Origin: Lingula anatina
Lineage: Eukaryota > Animalia > Brachiopoda
Reading direction: 5' to 3'
NCBI GenBank assembly: GCA_051362555.1
Contig: CM120640.1
Location: 43,812,788-43,876,787, forward strand
DNA: 64,000 bases
Shown: positions 13,361 to 27,340 of the stretch, in pieces
Layout of the letters: every line of letters begins with the position of its first letter
How positions within the stretch are numbered: position 1 is the first letter of the stretch
Translations under genes and position numbers: made by a program
Notes under the pieces: model-generated
What the model saw: only the letters and a program-made list of their open reading frames with translations
Told to the model about the DNA's origin: nothing
Databases searched by the model: none

Positions 13361-14574
13361 AGACCAAGTGCAGCTTCCAACTGACTGCAATCACAACTTG
13401 GCCCAAGGATGCATCACTAATGCATTTTCAACTTCATTCTGTATATCTGTTAGATATATTCAAAACAATAAGGATATTCTTTATTTATGAAATATTTTTG
13501 TTTCAAACAAATTTTTCTAATTAAAAAAAATTACCAAAATTTATTTTAGACCAGTGTTTTTTTTTATAATTAGTTCATTTTAATTTAGTTAAACAGCAAA
13601 TTAAAATCAAATGAGTAAATAAAATGCATAATAATTAAATTCACAAGTCATCTCACGTAGGAAAAATAATAATTCAAGTTTATTATTGACAATTATCTAT
13701 TCCCTTGCTTCATGTACATGTTACAAAATTTGATCTTATAGAACAGAATGTAAATTAATTATTTATTCTTAAAATATTTCACACAACTCACTATCAAAAA
13801 AGTCCATTTTTTTAACCTGAACTTTTAGAGCACCAGTCCTACAAAACCTTTGAACCCAACAGTAAATAGGTGCACATTGAACATTTATTTTGATCAATAA
13901 ATTGACATACATGTATTTAACTATATATTTTATAAAAACCTAACAAAACACAGATGAAGACATTCACATGACCCCTTTCTGCATATGATACTCATGTTAT
14001 TACACCTTATGCATTTCTGTAAAAGCAATTACATAACTTGCACATGTACAAAAAAGTGCCTATATATATACATGTATATATTAAAAATATTTCAATTACC
14101 AATTATACGTACAGTATATATATATATATACACTGTACATGCATATTATTTGAAACTTCTGCAACATTATATAATTTCAATAAATGACATTTCATACTGT
14201 ACCTAATCTGTGCTAAGTTCTTGAAACCAGTTGATGAGAAACTCATAATGAACTGCAGACTATGAAGTTGTCCCAGATTTATTATACATTTAATAACACA
14301 GCCATCTGTTGCAGTTATACTCTCATTAATTTTTAAGAGCACAGCTAGGCATGTCTTGCCAAAGAGATATTATCCATGAAAATAAAGTGTTAACTAGCAA
14401 AAATCCAAAACCCAATTTGAACGTTCTTTACTTTTGTCTATATTAATTGCTTCCTTGTATTTGGGTAAAGTAATTCCTTGAGTACGTGCTATCATTTGTA
14501 GATCATACATTAAAGATGACATCCTTACAGAACGTAGGATAGGCATAGATTATATTGTAATGCAAAAGTTCATC

Positions 14575-17500
14575 TTAACTTCCAGGATATCTATGGGATC
14601 TTTTCAGTCTTCCTCTGCTGCAGTGTTGCTTGGTGCTGTACTTCTCAATGTTTTTCTGAGGGTACTGTGCAGGCAATGAGTACTGTCCAAATCTCCCCCA
14701 AAAGTCCACAGCTCGCACTCTGTATAAGCCAAAGACTGAGGAATCTGAATCAAAACATTAAAATATATTGACTTATTTATACAATGCTAAGCATTCTTTA
14801 AATATCACTGATGAATGATGAGAAGAGGTGATAATTCATTATACACGTACATCAAAAATTTTATCAATACAATTATTATCAGTGTATATATCTATAATGA
14901 TATGATTTGACACAATGAATAAGACAATAATAAATCTATAATTTCCATGAAATTCAATTTTATGTTCATTTCATCAAAGTAAAAAATAATTTGAATAAAA
15001 TATGCTGTGAAGTCAATTCCTGGTATCTCAAATGTTTTTTCTGCATATCAAATGAGTCCACCTGTTTGACAGTAATACAATATGTACACAGCTTGCATAA
15101 AACCACCAAATCTGTTGCCCTTTTTGTTTTTATAAGTTGATTGAAGCATGAAACAGATGTTCTTCAATACTAATCTATAAACCTGCACAAAAAGAAAGAA
15201 CAGTTAGTCATACCTGACTCATCTGGAGCAAATACAAACACTGTAAATATCGTGTCTGATGGATTTATCCTATGATAAACCAGTGTCCCCGAAGAATGTG
15301 GGGAAAATTCTACTTCATATGTTAAAAGGCATCTGCAAACAGAGAAAACATTTTACAGATGAAAAGAGGCATCTTAATTCCCATATCTTTAATTTTTTTT
15401 ATTTTTCTGTACATTTTGAGGAACTAGAAGTTTTGCCATTCTACCAGGTAGCCAAATTCAAATATTCTTAATTTTGCACACAAACTGCTACTGCCTTAGT
15501 GTTCATAATACAGTAGAAAAAATGTAACCTCTCCTCAGATTGTGGTAATTTGTTTCTTGTGAATAACATAAGTAACAGTTTTTAATAAAAAATTTTTCCG
15601 CAGGTTTTGTCTAAGAGAAGGGCTTGTGTAAAAACACTACCTGGAGTGCACACAGGAATCACTCCATGTCACCAAGACTTGATTAGAAGTTATGTTTGTA
15701 ACTATTACATTGGTGACCTGAAAAACAAAATGTATTCATTAAGAGAATAAATTTATTTTTAAAATTTCGGCATTATATAGTTTTGTTGTTTAAATGCCAG
15801 CTGCAAAGTACAGCACAAGTATACACCACTTTTCATGTTGAACTAGCAGATATTATAAAATATTATCCACTTAACATGCACGCATTTAGTCTCATTACTG
15901 GCATACTGCAACAGAGAATCTTACTTGTCAATGTATGAAATATATGTACTATTTACCTGATTAGGTGGCATTTTTGGCTTGGCACATATATGAAAGAGCA
16001 CCACCCCAGGCAATAGTAACTTCCACTTGAATGCAGATTGTGTTGTATTATAGGCAGCTGGATGGGAGACTCTTACAGGACCCTACAAATATTACTAACA
16101 TTTACAATGACAAAATTAAGTCTAGATGAAAATCAAGTAAGGCCATGTGGGACCAATATCTGAGAAAAACCTTAAGAATACTGCTTTACCAATATGACAG
16201 CAGTTCTATGTTGAAATAAACAATAATATTAAATAAATGTATCTGAATATGAAATTTATAAACAATATGTTTATGGACATTAAAGAAAAATCAGCTTAAA
16301 GATAATGGACTTCATCAAACTAAGACTGGAAATTTCTGGAAAAGAAATTGCAAGCAGCACTGACTTCATTGTCCCTCATGTCTTTGAACTGTTTCACTGA
16401 AGGGAAGATTGGTTTGCTTTGCTTTTCCCATATACTGCTGGGATTACCATGGCTATTGTCTAGTATGTATTGCACCCACATAAGATCTGCAGAAAATGTA
16501 AAAAAGTTTGATAATCATACATAAATGTAATAATTAATCAGGAGCAATTGTGTTTCATCTGTTATATTTAACTTAACTGAAGTTTACTTGACAATATACA
16601 TGTACAATAGGAATGTCGTATTATGATATTAAAAAAAATTTAGGAAATCAGTAAAATACCACAGCAGAACTACATAAATGTCTTTAACATTTTTTGAATG
16701 GAATTTTTGATGAATCAGTTTGAAACTGCGTATACCTGTAGAAGAGGGAGGTTTCAAATCACCAAAATGAATCTCCAAAAGGTCAAATCCAGTAGCACTG
16801 AAAGTGTCATTGCTGTTATATACCAAAGCAGAAAACTGCCAACTGAAACAAACACAAATAATTACATGCTTAATTTTCTACTATCTATGTCTAATGACAT
16901 TGGAAAGAACAAATCCAGGATTCAAATATATAACAACAAACAAGAAAATGCATGACAGGGTTCAGTTGGTAAGTCCAATATCTAAAATGTCTGAAAGGGG
17001 AATTTTCACATAAAAATACCTTAATATGCAGTTGATATCTTGCCTATCTAATAATACTTCATGTACTATCTAACAGTACCTGTCTGGACCAAGGTCTTCA
17101 TATGGGATATGAATGGATGCCAAAACTCCAAGTCTGCTGAAGTCAGTCAAAGGTAACCCATTACCTAAAAAGAAACAATCTTTTCCGAACATTCAGACAT
17201 TATGTGTATCATATACTTGATTTTTCCCAGAGGTAAAACTCACATTACTATTTCTCCACAAATTATAAACTTATAATTGATTCAATAAATTTATGAACAA
17301 TACACTTGTTACACATATTAAGTAGAGATGTTAAACTGTCTTCTATTTTTGTTCCTGGTTAATTGTCCTATAACTCGAAAGATCCAAAGACTGTCAATAA
17401 AAATGGTTCTATATGTACATGTAACCTGTGCCTGAACCTGGTGTTCTCCTAATAAAGCCAACATTCCCATGACAGAGTAACCTGGCTTCCTAATGAACTG

Positions 17501-20500
17501 TGTGTGCGGTGGCTGAGTGTTATTTACTTGGAACCTGGCAAGAAGTGTGCGCTGAGTGAAGTAATTAGGATAGTAGTTAAGAAACCCATTGTCATTGCTC
17601 AGAAGCTGATAATTGATGCTGTTGTTCTTCTTAGAAAGGATAAGATTTTGGTGCTCAGCAATAACCTGAAAAAAAAAGATTAAAATATAATTCAATTATT
17701 TTATAGTTAAACTAACATTACATCTCAAGGGTATCCTATATTCTGAAATCATTGAATATAATTTACTCTCAAAGAGAAATGCATGCAACTGTTCACTCAG
17801 CTTTTGTCAAGTAAAAAATGTCTTAAATAGGCATATCTATAATGTATTTTTAGTGAGAAATTTCGAATCCATAAAATTTCAAAAATTTCTCTTCATGCTA
17901 AGAGTAGCCTGATACATTAAATTGGTTAAAATAACTACCCCTGTTTCTTTTAATGCAAAGGACTTATCTAGATATGAGCAGAATTAAATTAAAAAATTTT
18001 AGAGCAATAATTCCCCTTTTCATTGCTTTATTTACCACCCCATACACTTCTGCTTTTAAGCTCTACCCTAATTTATTGTCTATCTATGTTAATTCTTTGA
18101 AAATTAGTGTCAGATAGTGATTGGAGTCAAAACAGTGTTGACATGGAGATCTGTTTGAAATAATAAAAAGCACAATTTTCAACACAAAAATGCTGCTGTT
18201 ATGTCATAAGCTCAACATATCAATTTCACCCTGATGTATTTTTGATGTGACAGCATTAGCTCATAACATGACAATGTTTATTTCTTCATTATCTAAGCAG
18301 ATAAAGAAGTAGATCCAAATGCACTGATATACCTTTATGTCAAAGGTGTAAATTCATTGTGTTAATAGCAAACTGATACAAAGGTGAAATTATTTGTTCA
18401 TAGTAAATGTCAGACTTGGTCACTGTTGTATTTTGTATGATCCCTGGTCAGAGGGCAATGAGGTTAAATGTGCAGTTGCCACAATGAATCTGTTGTTATT
18501 TCTAATATTATTACTTATGAATATTTTAAAATTTGGCCATAATGTTGGAATAAGTAACAATTATAAGAAACTCCTTCCACTCTTTCCTTACCTTTGCTAC
18601 CACAGCTCCATATGTGGCATCTGCCCTCCACTGCTCTGGCTCACTCCAGCCTGTCATTGGATCTGCTTCACTGTACAGTGGGGATTGAATCGTGATAATA
18701 ATAATAATTATTATTATTATTATAATAATTAAAGCAATGGCTAAAAATATCTTTTCTTTGATGATCAGTCTTGACCAAATTCAATAATTTGTTTCTAAGT
18801 TGTGATTTATAGTAATTAACTGTAAATAAAGAAATAAACTATAAAAGGTGTAATGCACAGTGTTTGACATGCTTCAAATTTATCCAACTTAAAGTGTAAA
18901 AATGAACGGGAAGATTCAATACCCACTCATTTATTATTGGTATGTGTTTCAACTTAGGATTTCTTGTATGAATTTTCTGGATCAGGTCCAGCTCCGATTC
19001 CATGATGGTTTGTGATTTACCCATGTGTTGCTTTCTTTTGCCACCCTTTACAAAACAGAATTGAACAAATATTAACAAAAAGTGAGAAAAAGAAACAATA
19101 CTTTTATAACCTTTTCTGAAATTATAACCAGAAGCAGCAAAACAAAAAGAAACTCCCGTCATTCAGATATACATACTTTTTATATACAGAAAACTTCACA
19201 AACATATTCAAGATGACTTTTATTTTCACACAAACTATCACAATTCAAATAGAAAGTAATTTCCCTACCTTTTTGTGAAAAGAAATAAAGTCCAGTCTCA
19301 CTCCTCTTTCACCAGTAAAATAGTTTGTCCCACTAACCACATGTTTGAAGAGACCCCAGCACAGTTTATATCTGGATTCAGGTTCCCTGCAAACACCTCC
19401 TGGTGCACCAAGCTTTAGTTCAGGTGAGGCAGCTTTTAAACCTTCTGAGCAGGCATCATAGTAGTTCAGATAGCCTTGACACATTGAAATATATCAGAAT
19501 GTAATTAATTATATATATTTCATTTGTTTTTAGATAAATGATAGCAACAGAAAGATTTGCTGTTTGTGTAAGATTTCATTAAATGGTCCTTAGGTAATAT
19601 ATGAAGATATTATGTATATATAGTATACCTTGCATCGTGAATGTAAGATTGTCAAAATCATGCAAATCTGGTTCATTCCAGGTTTCAAACTTCCACTTTG
19701 ACACAGACTCCTCTCCATAATAGTCTGAAATCAAATAACAAAACAAATATAAAAAAGAATCAAACATAATACCTCACACCAGTAGCACATGGTCCTTAAT
19801 TCAAGTATAACATCTGCAATGCTAGTGCATGTATTTATCATTTTTTAATGTTCCAATCGTCATTCCAAAAAGAATGTAAATTTGCTGCTCCCCCCCCCCC
19901 ACTCCACCCCTCTTCATAAAGAGAGCTCCTCCACAGTTTATCATTCTATCATCACCTTAAGCAATCTTACCAACATAACGCTTGGCAATGGCTGCAACCA
20001 TGTCTCTCCAGGCATAAATCTGAGTATTGTTCTCAAAATCAGTGAAAAAACTCCCTGGGTTTCCCATAATCTCAAACCCAGGCTGTAAATCTAACTGGAT
20101 CAGCATTTCTATAAACTGGTCTAGATGACTAAAATTATACACAGGAAACCTTCCTTCAACTCTGAAAAATTGAACAGAATAAATTATCTTGTTAATAGGC
20201 TGACCATATTTTCCTGAAACAGCACTAGTGAATAATTAACTCCCCCCCCCCCCCTTTGAAAGTGAACTTTTTACTACATGTAAAGCTTTCCAGTTTTTAT
20301 TTTTTGCAAAATATGGATTGCACAACTTCTATCTTACCTTAATATTCTGAAAAATCCATATGTACAAAAAAACTGTTAAGAAAAACATTTCATTCATCAT
20401 GTAAACTTTACCCTTGAACTTTAACTAGGTCCAATAGCCAATGCACTCTGACTTGTTTAATGCCTCCATTGGGTACAGCAGCTATGTATGCCAGGTTATG

Positions 20501-21918
20501 CAGCATATCTGTTCCAAGATCAAAGGCTGCTGCATCCTGGTGTGGAGCAGGAGGGCTGGAGTACAATAAGCACCAAGATTCTTGTGTTACCAGTACATGC
20601 AGCACTCCTATATACTCCAATATTTAAATATGTACTAATACTATACTTTAATGTATTAATTCATGAAATTTATATTAAAAAATAACTGCAAAATGGTGTT
20701 CAAGTGCATGTCTAGTAAATCAAACTCTGCAGTTTAGGAAAGCAGAATATATTTGAGAGCACCTGATATGAAGCCAATCTGATATAGCTGAAAGCCATTT
20801 TAAAGTTTTTATAGTATTTACATCCATATCTTTCATGTGTTAGCACATATAAGAAACACAAATTGGGGTCTTAATTATATGAATCTTCATGCTAAAGTAA
20901 AATTAGATAGAATTTAACTTGTTCTAGCTATTGTTATAACTTGTCTTAATGACATTAAAGGTGATCAGTAAAATTCTTGGAATTTTATTTGTTGAACATA
21001 AGGTGAACAGATCCTGTCAGTGTGACCAAGACTCTGTTCACATGAAAAAACTATTTTCTAAAAATCTATTTTCTATTTGCGGTATCTTGTGATCACTCCG
21101 AGCGCAGCCGAGAATTAATTACAGCTTTGGAAGTAACTTGCTCGCACAGACCGTGATCACAAGATACCGTGAGTAGAAAATAGATTTTTAGAAAATAGAT
21201 TTCTCATGTGAACGGAGCCTAAGTGTCATAATTTTTTTATATCATTACAGAATTTATGTTCACTCATATATGTAATTAGTCTAATGCACTCTGTTGGTAT
21301 GAGTTGAGTTAATTGCCTCAGTTTTTGGCCTTACATGGTAAGCAGGAAAAGCTTCTTTTACTACAGTATATAGCTCAAATAAAAAACAAACTTTATCAAA
21401 CTGGTACATCGAAATGCTTTTAATCCAACTTATATACTACAAGGTGCGACATAGGAGACAGTTTGCCAGGACTTGGATACTTATAGCTTCAAGGGTTTGA
21501 AACACAAGGTGGAATGAGGCTTAAAACCTTTAGACTGTATTAGTGGCATATGTAAGGCCGAAAAACTGAGGCCACCTTGAGTGGCGGTAGGCGGTACATT
21601 GTACGTGTATTTTTTAATTTAGAGCTCATAATCAAATAATAAAGGGAACCAAAGAGAGCAAAGATTTAAAAATGCATTCCATATATTACAATAGAAAACC
21701 ATGTAAAATATGAACAATATTTTCCTCTTAATTAATTAGCAAATTGCAATTTGAAGGTCTACATGTACCTACCAGAAACCTGTGCTCTCCCAGAAATGGG
21801 ACAAGTTTGCAATGATTTTACCTTCGTCAATTTTTACTTTATATGTGCTCTTACAGCAACATTGTGATATTAGAATGGAACAAAACAAAAGTGCTACAAC
21901 ATACAGCGTGAAATGCAT
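14575..21918 (-). CDS. IDUA: Alpha-L-iduronidase (GH39), ~677 aa
   Basis: 15 exons: 21918-21773, 20555-20412, 20161-19971, 19724-19629, 19474-19269, 19045-18927, 18670-18592, 17665-17419, 17164-17080, 16842-16736, 16486-16365, 16082-15957, 15717-15641, 15332-15214, 14744-14575 (2034 nt). Signal peptide; FWESTGFCPP; [10 protein letters not shown]; acid/base motif WNEPD; nucleophile motif NDEADP; LSNDN...FTQRTL; C-terminal [11 protein letters not shown]. Confidence 0.95.
21030..21219. mobile_element. PIF/Harbinger-like MITE, ~190 bp, with ~65-bp TIRs, in IDUA intron 1
   Basis: GACTCTGTTCACATG...GGTATCTTGTGATCAC is mirrored by GTGATCACAAGATACC...CATGTGAACGGAGCC. Flanks CAA/TAA fit a mutated TAA TSD. 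Confidence 0.75.
21315..21572. mobile_element. Second MITE-like element in IDUA intron 1
   Basis: GCCTCAGTTTTTGGCCTTACAT (21315-21336) versus ATGTAAGGCCGAAAAACTGAGGC (21550-21572): a 22-bp inverted repeat with one indel. Confidence 0.55.
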
Positions 21919-22430
21919 TCAGAATTATTGAATTATCATTATATGGCAGAGCAACTGCGACTGTAAACAAACGACACCAAACACAGCTTCATGTCGTGTT
22001 TTGAGAGTACCGTAGTGTGATATGTCGCTATTTGTACATGCAAAAATCGCACTTATGTTTTAGTAAGTTTAACCAATGTTAACCAAAAGAGGCAAAATAA
22101 ATATATATATTTATATATATTGGTTTAAACTGCTATCGTTGTAAAAATTTTGTGAAAAAGCAAATTGCATTTGAAAGTCTTGATGCCTACTTGCCGTAAT
22201 TAGGTACGCGACCGGTTTAGATGTTTTTGCGAGAGGCCTTTTTAGTGATGCCAGATAAAACACATGCAAGTACAGTAAAATAGCACAACTTAGAAGTGTG
22301 AAATGCCGTATGTAGATGTTCCATACGTTACGTTTTTATTATCTGAAGTTGATATTAATATTATTGACTAGTTCGAAAATCAGACTCTCGCACTCATACC
22401 TTGCGTTTAACTTCATGTTACAAGTACGTG
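21919..22430. promoter_or_regulatory. Probable bidirectional promoter IDUA / C1orf43, with a likely non-coding first exon of C1orf43 ending at a GTACGT donor near 22423
   Basis: Divergent genes with a CpG-enriched interval. The C1orf43 ATG exon starts at a strong acceptor (ttttatttcag, ending at 23109), which implies an upstream UTR exon. Confidence 0.5.
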
Positions 22431-23138
22431 TGTGACTTTGTGAAATTGACGGAACAGTAATACCAAATTCTAGTATTGGTTGCAATTTCAAAGACTTATA
22501 GCGGATATCTTTTGCGTTGTCAGCGCTTCAAAGTCCACCTAAAATGACTGTGAACAGTGAAAATATTACTTGAATATAGAAGTAAAACTATCATTTTTAG
22601 GTCGATGCAGAGGGCCCTCCTGGACCACATGTTTTTAGACTTTTTCACTAATTGGCAATGTCATCCTTGATATTGGATATTAAAACATTTTCTAATATAT
22701 ATATATATATATATAAGTGTGTAGATTTCAAATATTTTATTTGGTCTTGTACCATTATATAATCATCTGTTTCTTTTCATTTACAGACAAATTTAAATTG
22801 ATATTATGTACAACATTTTCTTGTTTTCATTCTTTTAATTATGTTCTAGCATATCCTGATGAAATGAATGTTGTAAATTTATATTTACTAGTATTTACAT
22901 AAAATACATTTAGCATCATTAACTGATTGATAACAAATCTAGTTAAATGTAAGTTTCTTTAAATTGAAGTAAGGACTGCAGTGCAATATTCAAGGGACTT
23001 CACTAATTGTCTAAGTGTAAAAGATATTAAAAGTATATTCTTCTCAATAGTGTTGATACTTTTATATATCAAAATAAGTAATTTCAGAAGTTTCTATATT
23101 TTATTTCAGTGATTGGGAGTCCAAGTGTACATTAAAAG

Positions 23139-25385
23139 ATGGCAGAAGAGATGTCTAATATAAGTATTGTGCTGTTCATTGCATGTGGCACATTGGTAAG
23201 TTGTTATATCCATTCTTCAAATGATTATAATATTAAATATGTTTAATATATGACTGTTCACATTTTTTTTACTTTTATGTTGTCTTCTAAGTTTATCATG
23301 ATTAAATGTAAAAGTTAACAAAATAAAACTTTGTTATTCTTGCTTTCTTTTCTGTACATTATTTTGTTTATTAATTTTTTTCCTTTTTGTAATTGTTATT
23401 TTGTTATTATATTATTTCTTTATTACTATTGATGGAGGACTCTCAAAATTACAAATATAAAAGAATTGTGTTGAATTAAGGTAACACCTTAAATCCGAAA
23501 CTCAAAACTATTTTCTATTTAATCTTACTTTTACCTTTGCATATAACTATAAGTTTTATTTCAGACATTCCTTTACATATTCATATTTGCTAAACGGCAG
23601 ATTTCACGATTTGCACTTAAATCAACACGAAAACCACATGTCCCAATAGGTGCAGATGCCCCAGAGGTAAGAGTAAAGACCAGTTTTGATAGTTGCATTG
23701 AAATTGAAGAAACATTTCAAACTATTCAAATCTACTGTTGTGACTTAAAAATAAAAAATTGAATAAAATTATGACTAAAAAAATTAATGTCTGTTCAATG
23801 AATTTTAGAGAAGGTACCAGTTTTACAAAGCCCCAAATGGCAGTAATAGTGTTGTTTGCAAATCTTGTGATGAGAAAGGAGAAAGTTTGAATTGACAAAG
23901 GTTTAATAAGGCCCACATACACACACATCAGGCACACACACTGTCATTAACTCTAGTCTTTTTGCAGGCATTAAAGCAAGAGATAAATAGGAGATTAAAG
24001 AGGACTGGTGATATAAAATATGAGCCTCTGTTAATGACCAGAACAACAGAAGAAAAATATGGACCCTTTGCTGGTATGTATATATAAAATAATTTGTTAA
24101 AATTTACTGTGATATAAAATGTGGACCTCAGTTAATAACCAGAACAACAGAAGAAAAATGTGGACCTTTTGCTGGTATGTAAAAAAATTTTTTTGAATTT
24201 TACTGTGTTCACTTTTATAACAGGTGAATTTCCAATCAGATATCAGTTTACCATCCACAGATTTTTTTCTGGAAAAAGTGATTATGCGTATGTGTATCAT
24301 TGTCTGTGTATCATTTATTTATTATTAGTACTTTTTTCTCATGGAAGTGATATTGATCTAAACAAGCTAACATTGCTTTTAATATTTAATGCTTTTTTCT
24401 ATTTGCAATGACATGGAAAATGTACTCGTAGATACCCAAAAAATGAGTTTTTTCTTTTATAGGTAACTGGCACTTTTTTTACCGGATGAAAGCAGTGGAT
24501 AACCTTCACATTTTAGGTTTGTAATTATTCAGGGTTTTTTTTTCTGTGTACATCTTTAATTCCCATCTTCTGAATATTAACAAAACTCCATCACTGTGTT
24601 GAATTATATATGTAATTTAAAATTTTTTTTTTTACTTCCCTGCAGATCAGGGACTTCAGGACAGAGGAAAGAATTGTTCTTCTCGTAAACCTGGAGACAA
24701 CCTGCTCAAATATCTCACTGCTAATCTCCCATTAGCCAGCCCTGAGTTGATAGACAAGTTTGTTCATGCTTATGAACATGCCAGGCATGACCCTATAGTG
24801 AGTTTGAATATTTTTGTTGAAAAAAAATTCTTTTTTTAACTGGACTTGACATTTCTTTTGTTTTGATGTTTGAGAATTTGCAGTAATGATCTATGTATTG
24901 AGTCAGAGTAAAAAAAAAAACAATTCAGAATCACATTTATAAGGATGTGTTCTTTCTTTCAAGGAATTTGGAGTTGAGGAGTACAGACAGTATATGGAGC
25001 TGTTACAAGAACTTATGAAGTATGAAACTGCACCTTGTTTTATGACTCATTTTTAACAGTAGCGACCAAAGGCATGCACTTAAGATTTTAATTGTATGCG
25101 TAAATTGATTGAAATAAAAAGAACCTTGGTACAAGCACTATTTTCATAAAATATATCTGTTTTTTCAGTTCGATCAAGGATGATTATGATGATGCTGATG
25201 GTACAACAAACAACAGAGACAATCTCACCAAACCAGAGCAAATAACTTATATTCCCCCTCCTAATGGGAGCCAGACTGGCATGTACAGGCTACTGACGTC
25301 AGGATCTAAGCAATCTTTAGCCTCATCTAAAGTGGACAGTCAAACTTCCAGTTTGAGCTCAGTACATTATGAGACTTCATTATAG
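23139..25385 (+). CDS. C1orf43: C1orf43 / NICE-3 family protein, ~247 aa
   Basis: 7 exons: 23139-23195, 23565-23666, 23968-24073, 24463-24516, 24646-24797, 24964-25019, 25169-25385 (744 nt). N-terminal TM segment followed by IFAKRQISRFALKS.RKPHVPIGADAP, KYEPLL, YRMKAVD, YEHARH...EFG..EY. Ends in ETSL*. Confidence 0.92.
24004..24207 (+). repeat. ~101-bp tandem duplication of the C1orf43 exon 3 3' end plus its splice donor
   Basis: 24004-24105 versus 24106-24207. Both contain GATATAAAAT...ACCAGAACAACAGAAGAAAAAT...TTTGCTG|GTATGT. Confidence 0.9.
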
Positions 25386-26847
25386 CAGTGCTCAAACTGC
25401 TTTATACCAATTAATCAATATGTACATATATACATACCTATATGTATGTTTTTGTATGACCATGTGCAATATTTCAGACTTCTATTTGGTGCTCCTACAG
25501 TGTATGTGGCTGGTTGTTAAGGTTTAAATTTTTTCATAATTTTAAAAATAGTATTTTTAAATGTTTGCTCAGATACATATTTCTGGCACAGTTATTTGGC
25601 TTTTTAAAGTAATAAATAAAATAGTTGTATTTGTAAGATTTGAGGTCATTTTCATAATTGAAGTTTTTTTTTGTTAAAATTTTAATTGTCTTAAAAATTT
25701 TATTTCAAGTGATATAATAATGTTTTGTGAATAAATTTATAACGTTTTTTACTCCTATGCAAACACTGAGTACATCAAAATATTCTTTATGATAAAATAA
25801 AATTGTAGATGCAATTAAAGGATGTTTGCAATCACCAAATGCACCTGAGAAGAAAAGGTTTCTTTTGAATTATAATTAGTTGATTACAAATGCAGCCAAA
25901 GATGATGGTTTGTGCATCAACAGGTTTTAAACAAGTCACTTGTTGCAAAATAATATATTTGACTGAGCATATGAAAACAATTACGAAAAGACTCATTTAA
26001 AACACTAGATTTCCAAATTAGTTTTAATTAACGTGTCTGATTAGAACAGACATTTTTCACTACAGAGTTTTAATTTTGTGACTATGAGAAGATTATGAAA
26101 TAATTGCCCCTACAGTGTTGAGAGTTGTGACAAGATATTATGGTGTTACAGTAACTAACAATCTTTACCAGACAAATAATTTTATTCATACCTGTTGAGC
26201 ACCAAATTCAACATGTTTTGGCTCAAATAATTTTACTATTTTTATTTGAAAACTGTAGGGCGAAAACTGAATCAAAATGTGTCTCGTTGAGTACATATTT
26301 TGTGTCAGTAATTAATTACTATGCTTTAAAGTACATCTGATGTAGTTGCAGGAGCAGTTCAAGTTGTCCGAAAATGGGTAACTTTCTGTATACAAATAGA
26401 GCTTGTATCTTGACTCATGCAGGCATCAGTTTGTTGGTAAAAGTTGTAGACAATTAACTTGTCTAAAGAAAAAATATTCGAGTTTGATCAATCACTGATT
26501 TGACTGAATTTTGTTTCAGTAAGGTAATTTTTTTCAGCAATATGGCCAAAACAAAATTTATATTAGATTGAGCACAGTGTACCAACATCTGAAGAGACAG
26601 TTACAGACCATAAAGGCCTTGCATTTTGATAATATATATATTTGGACTGTGGTGTGCACTCTTCAACCTGTGCAGTAAGTACTATGATATGTTATCAATG
26701 AATGAGCAATAAATTGCTATCCTATTTAAATGGTAGGATAAGGTCTGTGAGTCCAGGAAACTTTGTAATAGATACTAACTTAGTTTTCTAGCTTCAGTGT
26801 GATACCACTTTGTTAAATTCGAAATCAAGCATGTTAAAGATTTAGTA

Positions 26848-27340
26848 TAAATAATAATTATAATAATAATAATATTTATTTCTTAAAAACCGCACTACAC
26901 TACTGTCTCAGTGCTGTTTACAAATAAAATTATCAGAATTACAAGTAATTATATAAATAATAAAAGCTGAGGTGAATAAAACAATTAAAATGATTAATAC
27001 TAGTTATAAAAGTAATAGTCTAAACAATAAACCTTTTCTGATAAAATGAGAAAATATATGTTATCAAGTATTAAATTTTAATTGAAGTACTGTGCAAATA
27101 AGAATGTTTTCAAGTCTTTTTAAGAACCTCAACACTATCAATAGTCCGAATGTGTGAGGGTAGTTCATTCCATAAAATGGGTGCTGCAATTGAAAATGCC
27201 CTGTGGCCGTAGGTTTTAGTTGTTTTTTTGTTGTCATTCCTGGTAAAGAAAAGAGTGGAGGTGGATCTGGTGAGATTGGCTGAACTTGGATGTAGCAAAG
27301 AGTTAAAATATGAAGGGTATTCATAAAATGTAATACCTAG
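26848..27340 (-). mobile_element. L2/CR1-clade LINE 3' fragment (decayed)
   Basis: Minus-strand peptide YGHRAFSIAAPILWNELPSHIR...LKKT is typical of the L2/CR1 ORF2 C-terminus. An (ATT)n tail lies at ~26848-26875. Confidence 0.8.
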
